Below are positions 1 through 9,358 of a stretch of 64,000 nt of DNA, piece by piece; positions within the stretch are counted from its first letter, which is position 1; the number at the start of each line of letters is the position of its first letter. A program made the translations under genes and the position numbers. The notes below the pieces were generated by a model. That model saw only the letters and a list, made by a program, of their open reading frames with translations. It was not told where the DNA came from and searched no databases. This stretch comes from Polyangiales bacterium. GTDB lineage: Bacteria; Myxococcota_A; Polyangia; Polyangiales; Ga0077539. The DNA lies in the NCBI GenBank assembly GCA_044229975.1, contig JBGARZ010000001.1:128001-192000 (forward strand), in the 5' to 3' direction.

Positions 1-1
1 G

Positions 2-130
2 AAGGACTACCTCCAGCGATTGCTGCATCGCACCGGCGACAACCTCTCGCGCGCGGCGGCGCTGGCGGGCATCGAGCGCCACTACCTGCGCGACCTGTTC
101 CGCAAGCACGGCCTGCGCTCCGACGACTGA
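2..130 (+). CDS. 3' end of a sigma54-dependent (NtrC/Fis-type) transcriptional activator, partial
   Basis: Frame from base 2 reads KDYLQRLLHRTGDNLSRAAALAGIERHYLRDLFRKHGLRSDD*, a Fis-type HTH (GNLSRAA-x-LAGI-x-R). 5' part lies outside the window. Confidence 0.8.
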   Translation, partial: KDYLQRLLHRTGDNLSRAAALAGIERHYLRDLFRKHGLRSDD

Positions 131-143
131 GCGGCCCCGCGAC

Positions 144-1106
144 ATGAACACCAAGCGACTGCTCGCGCTGATGCTCGCGGTCATCCTGCTGTACGCGGGC
201 ATCGTCCTGCTCGGCGACGTGCGCGCGCTGCGGGCGACCCTCGTCCACTACGCGTGGTGGACCTTCGCCGTCGCGCTCGCCCTCTCCCTCGGCAACTACC
301 TGCTGCGCTTCCTCAAGTGGGACTTCTACCTGAAGCTCCTCGGCGTCCGCGACGTGCCCTTCGCCGAGAGCTTCACGGTCTACCTCGCGGGCTTCGCGAT
401 GTCGGTCACACCGGCCAAGGCGGGCGAGGTCTTCAAGAGCGCGCTGCTCGCGAGCGCCCGCGGTGTGCCCGTCGCCCGCACCGCGCCCATCGTCATCGCC
501 GACCGCCTCACCGACCTCATCTCCCTCATCGCGATGGTCGCCGCCGGCGGCGTGCTCTTCCCCGGCGGCTGGGTCGTCGCGCTCCTCGCCTCGACCCTCG
601 TCGGGGCCTTGATGGTCTTCGTGCTCGTGCGACCGCTCGGCGACTGGGCCATCGCGCAGACCGAGCGCTTCGCCGTCGGCCGCCGCTTCGCCCCGAAGGT
701 GCGCGTGGCCTACGACGCCCTGCGCATCCTCGCCTCGCCGCGCGCGCTGCTGCTCCCCACCGCCATCTCCGCCGTCGCGTGGGCGATGGAGGCGCTCGGC
801 CTCTGGCTCATCCTGCATGGGCTGGGAGCCCCCTGCTCGGTGGCCCTCGCGTTCTTCGTGTATGCCACTGGGACGCTCGCGGGTGCCGTGGCGATGCTGC
901 CGGGCGGGGTCGGCGGCGCCGAGGCCACCATGATCCTCCTGCTGGTCGCACTCTCCCACCACGGCATCGCCGAGCCGTCGGCCAAGGCTGGAACGCTGCT
1001 CTGCCGCCTCGCCACGCTGTGGTTCGCGGTGGCGCTTGGTGCGGCGGCGCTCGCGTGGTTTCGTCGCAGCTACGACCGCGGCCGCGACGAGGCGCCCGCC
1101 GCCTGA
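144..1106 (+). CDS. Lysylphosphatidylglycerol-synthase TM-domain / flippase-like (UPF0104) membrane protein
   Basis: About 8 hydrophobic segments; motifs TPAKAGEVFK, DRLTD, PGGVGGAE and RLATLW are typical of the family. Confidence 0.85.
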   Translation: MNTKRLLALMLAVILLYAGIVLLGDVRALRATLVHYAWWTFAVALALSLGNYLLRFLKWDFYLKLLGVRDVPFAESFTVYLAGFAMSVTPAKAGEVFKSALLASARGVPVARTAPIVIADRLTDLISLIAMVAAGGVLFPGGWVVALLASTLVGALMVFVLVRPLGDWAIAQTERFAVGRRFAPKVRVAYDALRILASPRALLLPTAISAVAWAMEALGLWLILHGLGAPCSVALAFFVYATGTLAGAVAMLPGGVGGAEATMILLLVALSHHGIAEPSAKAGTLLCRLATLWFAVALGAAALAWFRRSYDRGRDEAPAA

Positions 1107-1107
1107 G

Positions 1108-1557
1108 TCACTGGGTGTCGGTGCTCTCGTCGTCGTCGCCGTCGTCGAGCGCAGGCAGGGCCGTGTCGACCACGTCGTAGGGGTCCCTCGTGGGGCCCTC
1201 TTCGCCGCCGTCGGGCTCGTCGGCGGGGACGTCGTCGACCTCCGCGACCTCGTCGCTCGGGCGATCGTCGTCGCCGGTCCAACCCCCGCGCTCGTCATCG
1301 GGCAGCGCGTCGATGGGGTCGTCGTCCGACCCGCTGTCGTCACTCACCGTTTCGTCGTCGAACACCAGCACCGCGAACGCTCGCGGGTCGACGCCGAGCA
1401 CCTCGTTGTCGTCCAGGCTCGCGTCCCAGGTCTCGTCGAGCGACTCCTCGGGAATCTCCACCCGCCCATCGTCGTCATCGAGCGGACCGAGCGCGGGCAG
1501 TTCGTCGTCGTCTTCCGTCGAGGTGGGAGAGAGGTTCATCGCCATGCGATCAACCAC
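1108..1557 (-). CDS. Hypothetical highly acidic low-complexity protein
   Basis: 149-aa ORF filling the gap downstream of udg; about 55 D/E residues and no Lys. Start uncertain (1557, 1545 or 1539). Confidence 0.6.
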   Translation of the reverse strand: MVDRMAMNLSPTSTEDDDELPALGPLDDDDGRVEIPEESLDETWDASLDDNEVLGVDPRAFAVLVFDDETVSDDSGSDDDPIDALPDDERGGWTGDDDRPSDEVAEVDDVPADEPDGGEEGPTRDPYDVVDTALPALDDGDDDESTDTQ

Positions 1558-2422
1558 GGGGCGCGGGCACGGGCAAGCCGAGGCGTTCGAGCACGAGCTT
1601 CATGTCCGTCCACACCTCGGCGCGCGCGGTGCTGTTGGGCAGGTCGCGCACGCGCAGCACATACGACGGATGCCACGTGGGCATGACGGCGATGCCGTTG
1701 TACGAGTGCCAGCGGCCGCGGAGGGAGGTCATCGAAGCCTTGCTGTTGAGCAGGTAGTGGGCGGCCGGCTTGCCGAGCGCGACGATGACGTCGGGCTTCA
1801 CCACCTCGATCTGCCGCAGCAGAAACGGCGTGCACGCCGCAACCTCCTCGGGCGCGGGGTCACGGTTGTTGGGCGGACGGCACTTCACGATGTTGGCGAT
1901 GTAGACCTGCTCTTCGCTCAACTTCATCGCCGCGATGATCTTGTCGAGGAGCTGCCCCGCGACGCCCACGAAAGGAAGGCCCGTGCGGTCCTCGTCGGCG
2001 CCCGGCCCCTCCCCGATGAACATCAACCGCGCGTCAGGGTTGCCCCGCGCAAACACCGTCTGCGTCCGCGTCGGTGCCAGCTTGCACGACCTGCAAGCGA
2101 CGACCTCCGCCTGAATCACCTTCAGCGCTCCGACGCGCCCGACCGGTGCCGGTGCCTCGACGACAGGCGCGGCGACCTCGACGACGGCAGCGGGCGGCAC
2201 GACCACGGGCGCCGGTGGCGGTGATGGTGCGATGGGCGCGGCGACCGCGACGGGCTGCGCGACGACGGGCTGTACGACCACGGGCTCGGGCGCTGTTGCC
2301 GCTGTCACGGGGATCACTCCGCGCGAGGGTGCATCGATGAGCCCGGCGTCGCGCTGCCACGTGAGCTGGGCGCCGAGGTCGCGCAGGAGCTGGAGCACTT
2401 CATCCCTGGGCGACGGGTCCAT
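1550..2422 (-). CDS. udg: Uracil-DNA glycosylase family 4 with N-terminal Pro/Ala-rich extension
   Basis: Fe-S cysteines CRSCKL, KCRPP and ACTPF; motifs GEGPG, PFVG and TWHPSY. Start placed at MDPSPRDE. Confidence 0.9.
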   Translation of the reverse strand: MDPSPRDEVLQLLRDLGAQLTWQRDAGLIDAPSRGVIPVTAATAPEPVVVQPVVAQPVAVAAPIAPSPPPAPVVVPPAAVVEVAAPVVEAPAPVGRVGALKVIQAEVVACRSCKLAPTRTQTVFARGNPDARLMFIGEGPGADEDRTGLPFVGVAGQLLDKIIAAMKLSEEQVYIANIVKCRPPNNRDPAPEEVAACTPFLLRQIEVVKPDVIVALGKPAAHYLLNSKASMTSLRGRWHSYNGIAVMPTWHPSYVLRVRDLPNSTARAEVWTDMKLVLERLGLPVPAPRG

Positions 2423-2525
2423 CACGGCGGGTCGTAGCACCGCCGCGTGCCTTGCCTCCACTCTTCGTCGCCGGTCGCGGGTTGCTTGGCCTCGGGCCGT
2501 CACATCGCGCACCCTCGCGTCGCCC

Positions 2526-3458
2526 ATGCAGCTCCCTCGTCGACAGTTTCTCGCGGGCCTCGCCCTGGGCGTCGCGGCCTGCCGTCGCAGCACCGCCCGC
2601 CCTGCTCCCGACACCATCACCCGCGACGTTCGCCTCCCCGCGATCACGCTCCACACCGTCGAACTCCCCGGCCCCGGACGCATCGCCCGCTGGGTGCTCC
2701 ACGGCGGCCCCGGCCTCGACCACACGTACCTCCGTCCGTGGCTCGACCCGCTCGCCCGCGAGGCACCGCTCGTCTACGTCGACCTGCGCGGACACGGCCG
2801 CTCGTCGGCTCCCCCCGAGGCCGGCGGGTACGCCATCCCCGACGCTGCCACCGACCTCGTCGCGCTCGCCGCGGCCCGCCGCGAGCCCACCGTCGACATC
2901 ATCGCGCACGACTTCGGCGCGACCGTCGCGCTCACCCTCGCCGCGCGTCATCCCGAGGTGGTCCGCCGCGTGGTGCTGGTGTCTCCGCTGCGCGACGGCG
3001 AGCAGGTGCGCGCCGTCGGCAGGCGCTCGCGCGAGGCGCTCGGCGAGGCGGGCTGGGAGTCCATCCGCTCGCTCTCCACGCCGCAGGGGACGCTCCGCGA
3101 CCCGCACTCCCTGCCGCAGCTCTTTCGAGGGCTGGGGCGCATGTGGTGGCATCGGCCCCCGAGCGCGGCGACCATTGACGCCATGGCGCGCTCGATGACC
3201 TACCGGGCCGAGGCCGACGCCAACTTCCTCGCCGCCGCGCAGCGCTTCGACGCCCGCACGCTCGCCTCGGAGGTGCGCGCGCCCGTGCTCGTGGTGAGCG
3301 GCGACGACGACCTCACGTTTCGCCCCGAGGAGAGTCGGGCCCTGTCCGAGCTGCTCCCGCACGGGCGCTATCACGAGATCGCCGCCGCGGGCCACCTCCC
3401 ATTCATCGAACAGCCGGCGGCCTTCGTTCGTGCGGTCGGGGGCTTCCTCGCGGCGTGA
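2526..3458 (+). CDS. Alpha/beta hydrolase, predicted Tat-exported lipoprotein
   Basis: Signal MQLPRRQFLAGLALGVAAC; motifs HGGPG, DLRGHGRS, AHDFGA, GDDD and AGHLPFIE. Confidence 0.85.
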   Translation: MQLPRRQFLAGLALGVAACRRSTARPAPDTITRDVRLPAITLHTVELPGPGRIARWVLHGGPGLDHTYLRPWLDPLAREAPLVYVDLRGHGRSSAPPEAGGYAIPDAATDLVALAAARREPTVDIIAHDFGATVALTLAARHPEVVRRVVLVSPLRDGEQVRAVGRRSREALGEAGWESIRSLSTPQGTLRDPHSLPQLFRGLGRMWWHRPPSAATIDAMARSMTYRAEADANFLAAAQRFDARTLASEVRAPVLVVSGDDDLTFRPEESRALSELLPHGRYHEIAAAGHLPFIEQPAAFVRAVGGFLAA

Positions 3459-3483
3459 GAGAAGCGGTGTTCTGCATGTTGTA

Positions 3484-3513
3484 TTGACGCGCCGAAAGCA
3501 GTCGGGATAGCGT
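3484..3513 (+). promoter_or_regulatory. Putative sigma70-type promoter of the PP2C phosphatase gene
   Basis: TTGACG (3484-3489), N18, TAGCGT (3508-3513) in an AT-richer intergenic stretch. Confidence 0.5.
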
Positions 3514-3587
3514 GCGCACAGGTTCGGGAGGAAGCGTTCTCCCGCGGAAAACCAAGGGAGCGCGACGTGCCAGGCCACCCCGTGCGC

Positions 3588-4355
3588 ATGGAATTGATCG
3601 GCGAGACAAACGTCGGCATGAAGCGCACCCACAACGAGGACAACTTCTCGATCATGGCGGAGGAGAACCTCGTGATCGTCGCCGACGGCATGGGCGGTCA
3701 CGCCTCCGGCGAGGTCGCCTCGAAGATGGCGGTCGACGCCATGCGCGAGTTCTTCGAGGCCACCGCGAAGGACCCCGACGCGACCTGGCCGTACAAGATG
3801 GACAAGCAGCGGAGCTACGAAGAGAACCGGCTCATCACCGCGGTGAAGCTGGCCAACCTCCGCATCTTCGAGGCTGCCCAGCGCGAGCCGCGGTACCGGG
3901 GCATGGGCACGACCCTGGTGGTGTGCCTCGTGGTGCGCGAGGGCGTCATCGTCGGGCACGTCGGCGACTCGCGGGTGTACCGCATCCGCAACGGGGCCAT
4001 CGACCAGCTCACCGAAGACCACTCGCTGCTCAACGACTACCTGAAGATGCGCAAGCTCACGGAGGAGGAGATCGCCAACTTCCCCCACAAGAACGTGATC
4101 GTGCGCGCCCTCGGGATGAAGGACTCGGTGAAGGTCGACTCGCGGCTCGATCACCCCGTCGCTGGCGATATCTATCTGCTCTGCTCCGACGGCCTCTCGG
4201 GCCCGGTGCCCGACCCCGAGCTCCTCCGGCTGGTCGAAGAGAACAAGAACGACCTCAAGACCGCCGCCTCCCGCCTCATCGCCCGCGCCAACGAAAACGG
4301 GGGGCCGGACAACATCACCTGCTGCCTCATTCGCTGGCTCGGCCCGGCGAACTGA
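3588..4355 (+). CDS. PP2C-family Ser/Thr protein phosphatase (Stp1/PrpC-like)
   Basis: Motifs RTHNED, VADGMGGH, GMGTT, HVGDSR, DHS, LCSDGL and GGPDNIT. Confidence 0.95.
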   Translation: MELIGETNVGMKRTHNEDNFSIMAEENLVIVADGMGGHASGEVASKMAVDAMREFFEATAKDPDATWPYKMDKQRSYEENRLITAVKLANLRIFEAAQREPRYRGMGTTLVVCLVVREGVIVGHVGDSRVYRIRNGAIDQLTEDHSLLNDYLKMRKLTEEEIANFPHKNVIVRALGMKDSVKVDSRLDHPVAGDIYLLCSDGLSGPVPDPELLRLVEENKNDLKTAASRLIARANENGGPDNITCCLIRWLGPAN

Positions 4356-4412
4356 CCTCGCCCTCCCCCTCCCTCCCAGACCCTACTGACCGCCCGCACC
4401 CCTGGAACTCCA

Positions 4413-4452
4413 GTCGTTCACTCTTGAACGACACGGGAATTGCCCACAATTC
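4413..4452. promoter_or_regulatory. Two adjacent perfect palindromes (candidate operators or hairpins)
   Basis: GTCGTTCA-ctct-TGAACGAC (4413-4432) and GAATTG-ccca-CAATTC (4437-4452). Confidence 0.45.
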
Positions 4453-4551
4453 ACCGGGGATTGCCGCGAAAACAGCGGCGCCGGGGCGTGACATATCCTG
4501 ACGGGATGTTCAGTCCGCGAGTAAAGGTCTGTATGCCGTAGCCGTTGAGAC

Positions 4552-4560
4552 TGCTATGGT
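4552..4560 (+). promoter_or_regulatory. Extended -10 element
   Basis: TG-C-TATGGT, 7 nt upstream of in-frame GTG at 4568. Confidence 0.5.
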
Positions 4561-4567
4561 TTCCTCC

Positions 4568-5356
4568 GTGAGAAAGCAGCGACCCATGACGGCAGACGAC
4601 TACCTTCGTCTGGCGCTGCATACCGGGTCACCCGACGCCGCCGCCGTCTACGCCGAGAAGGGGCTCCGCTTCGCCTCCGACCGCGTCGACGCCGAGACCC
4701 GCGTCCTCCTGCTCCGAGAGATCTACCGTTCGCACCTCTACGCCCGCCGCGTTCGCTCGGCCCACGCCGTCGCCCGCAAGATGGTGCGCCTCGGGGTCGC
4801 CCAGGAGATCGCCCACGTCGACCTCGGCCGGGCCTGCCTCGCCCTCGGCTGGTGGCTCCGCGCCGCCCAGGCCTACCGCATCGCCGCCCGCAACGCGCCG
4901 GCCTCGCGCCGCGCGCTCCATTGGTTCTCGGTGGGCATCGCCCTCCACCACGCCAACGAGACCGACGAGGCCCTCAGCGCCCTCGACCGCGCCGTCCGCT
5001 GGTCGCTCACCACCCGCGCCCTCCACCGCGCCTACGCCGCCCTCGTGCGCCTCGACGCCGGAGAGCTCCCCGCCGACATCGAAGACTTCAAGGACCTCGT
5101 CGCCGAGCTCGAGTCCGCCCGCTGCGGTGAGGGCTTCGGCCGCTACGTGCTCGGCCTGCTCTACGCCGCGTGCGGCGAGCGGCGCAGCGCCACCCGTCAC
5201 CTGGTGATCTTCGTCCGGCGCAACCAGCACGACCCGATGCGCGCCGTGACCCTGGCCCACGAGCTTCGGCGCGCGCGCCTCTGCCTCCGGTCGCTCCGCA
5301 AGACATCGCAGAGCCCGTCGACGCCGCCCATGAGCACCCCGACGCCCGTCGGATGA
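4568..5356 (+). CDS. Hypothetical TPR-like helical protein
   Basis: TPR-like helices (AHVDLGRACLALG..AAQAYRIA; YVLGLLYAACGE). Overlaps pilD start (ATGA). Start at 4568 or 4586. Confidence 0.7.
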   Translation: MRKQRPMTADDYLRLALHTGSPDAAAVYAEKGLRFASDRVDAETRVLLLREIYRSHLYARRVRSAHAVARKMVRLGVAQEIAHVDLGRACLALGWWLRAAQAYRIAARNAPASRRALHWFSVGIALHHANETDEALSALDRAVRWSLTTRALHRAYAALVRLDAGELPADIEDFKDLVAELESARCGEGFGRYVLGLLYAACGERRSATRHLVIFVRRNQHDPMRAVTLAHELRRARLCLRSLRKTSQSPSTPPMSTPTPVG

Positions 5357-6330
5357 CCGCGCTCGACTTCCCGACCTGGTTCTTTCGGGTCTTCGCGTTC
5401 GCCTTCGGCGCTGCCTGGGGGAGCTTCGCCAACGTGGTCATCTACCGCTGGCCGCTCGGCCTCTCGGTGGTGAGCCCGGCCTCCCGCTGCCCGCACTGCG
5501 AGAAGCCCGTCCGCGCCTACGACAACGTGCCCATCTTCGCGTGGTTCTGGCTGGGCGGAAAATGCCGCGACTGCAAGGCGCCGTTCTCGCCGCGCTACGC
5601 CCTCGTCGAGGCCATGTACGCGGTGTCCGCGCTCGCCCTCGTCGAGCTGCTCCTGCGTACGCAGGGCGACCAGGCGCTGCCCACGTTCTTCGCGCTCTTC
5701 TTCGTGCGCTTCGCCTTCGTGTGGGGGCTGCTGACGGCGTCGTTCATCGACCTCGACACCATGCTCCTGCCAACCTTCATCACCCGCGGTGGCACCGTGC
5801 TGGGCATCGCCGCCAGCGTGATGCTCCCGGGCATCGGGTGGAAGGCTTCCCTTACCGGGGCGGCGCTGGGCTACGCGATCCCGTTCGCGTTTCACTTCGT
5901 GTGGGAGAAGTTCTTGAAGCGCCCAGGGATGGGCCTCGGCGACGCCGAGCTGCTCGCCATGGTGGGCGCCCTCCTCGGCTACCACGGCGTGCTCTTCGCG
6001 CTCTTCGCGGGGTCGCTCCAGGGCATCGTCGCGACCCTGCTGTCCAAGGCCACCGGCTGGAAGCTCACCCCCGACATCTCCGCCGACTACTGGGAGGATG
6101 ACGACGAGGACGACGACGCGAAGGACGGCGAGAAGAAGGCAGAGCCCGCCGCGACGACCGAGAGCACTGAGCCGACCGCAGAGCCCGCAAAGGTCGACCC
6201 CAACGAGGGGCAACCGCTCATGCGAACGATGCTCCCGTTCGGGCCCTTTCTCGCCCTCGGCGGCATCGAGTACCTGCTCGGCGGCGACCAGCTTTTACGC
6301 GCCTACCTCACGATGCTCCAGGGACGCTGA
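5353..6330 (+). CDS. pilD: Prepilin peptidase / N-methyltransferase
   Basis: GSFANVVIYRWP; two CxxC (CPHC, CRDC); FIDLD; GMGLGD; C-terminal PFGPFLA preceded by an acidic insertion. Confidence 0.95.
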   Translation: MTALDFPTWFFRVFAFAFGAAWGSFANVVIYRWPLGLSVVSPASRCPHCEKPVRAYDNVPIFAWFWLGGKCRDCKAPFSPRYALVEAMYAVSALALVELLLRTQGDQALPTFFALFFVRFAFVWGLLTASFIDLDTMLLPTFITRGGTVLGIAASVMLPGIGWKASLTGAALGYAIPFAFHFVWEKFLKRPGMGLGDAELLAMVGALLGYHGVLFALFAGSLQGIVATLLSKATGWKLTPDISADYWEDDDEDDDAKDGEKKAEPAATTESTEPTAEPAKVDPNEGQPLMRTMLPFGPFLALGGIEYLLGGDQLLRAYLTMLQGR

Positions 6331-6336
6331 AGAGCG

Positions 6337-8402
<2,066 letters not shown>

Positions 8403-8403
8403 G

Positions 8404-9243
8404 TCAGTAGCCCGACGTACCCGCGCCGCCGCTGACGATGGCGACGGAGCTGCTCGCTCCGACGCGCGTCGCGCCGACGGCGATCATCCGATCGGCGTCG
8501 GCCGCGGTGCGAACGCCACCGCTGGCCTTCACCCCGAGCTCGTTGCCCACCACACCGCGCATGAGCGCGATGTCTTCGGCCGTCGCGCCACCACCACCGA
8601 AGCCCGTCGAGGTCTTCACGAAGGAAGCGCCCGCGGCCTTCGAGAGCGCGCACGCGATGACCTTCTCGTCACGCGTAAGCATGGAGGTCTCCAGGATGAC
8701 CTTCACCACGCGGTCGGGCGCGGCGCCCACCACGCGCGCGATGTCGTCGAGCACCAGCGCGTAGTCGCCGGACTTCAGCGCGCCGACGTTGATGACCATG
8801 TCGATCTCGTCGGCGCCGGCGCGGATGGCCTCGGTGGTCTCGAAGGCCTTGGCGTTGGGGCTCATCGCACCAAGCGGGAAGCCAACCACCGCGCAGACCG
8901 CCACCGTCGACCCGCGGAGCTGCTGCTTGCAGAACGGCACGTTGACGCTGTTGACGCAGACCGAGAAGAACCGCCAGGTCATCGCCTCGGAGCACAGCTT
9001 GCGAAGGTCATCGCGCGTCGCGTCGGGCTTGAGCAGCGTGTGGTCGATGACGCGCGCCAGGTCGGGCCGCGGCTGCGCCGTGACCACCTGACCCGCGACG
9101 GGAGCGACCCCTCCGGCACCCGGCGCGGCACCGCCGACCCGCGGCGTCACCGTCGGGCGAACGGCGCCCTTCGCAGGGGCAGCCATCTCCTCCTGCACCC
9201 TCGCCACCACCGCGTCGACCAGTCGATCTATGTCCCTCGCCAT
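8404..9243 (-). CDS. deoC: Deoxyribose-phosphate aldolase with N-terminal extension
   Basis: [35 protein letters not shown] and VKASGG; about 60-aa N-terminal extension. Confidence 0.95.
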   Translation of the reverse strand: MARDIDRLVDAVVARVQEEMAAPAKGAVRPTVTPRVGGAAPGAGGVAPVAGQVVTAQPRPDLARVIDHTLLKPDATRDDLRKLCSEAMTWRFFSVCVNSVNVPFCKQQLRGSTVAVCAVVGFPLGAMSPNAKAFETTEAIRAGADEIDMVINVGALKSGDYALVLDDIARVVGAAPDRVVKVILETSMLTRDEKVIACALSKAAGASFVKTSTGFGGGGATAEDIALMRGVVGNELGVKASGGVRTAADADRMIAVGATRVGASSSVAIVSGGAGTSGY

Positions 9244-9358
9244 GCCGTCGGCGACCCTACCACGATGTCGTGCGACTGACGCAGGTGCCATCGACACGAG
9301 GGCTCGACTGCCGCATGGGGTACACCTCGTGATGATTGCTTTGAGGAGGTTTCATACG

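Noticed and set aside
6085..6215. Acidic insertion near the PilD C-terminus
   Set aside because: It is in frame with catalytic motifs intact. To my knowledge similar insertions occur in other myxobacterial PilD proteins.
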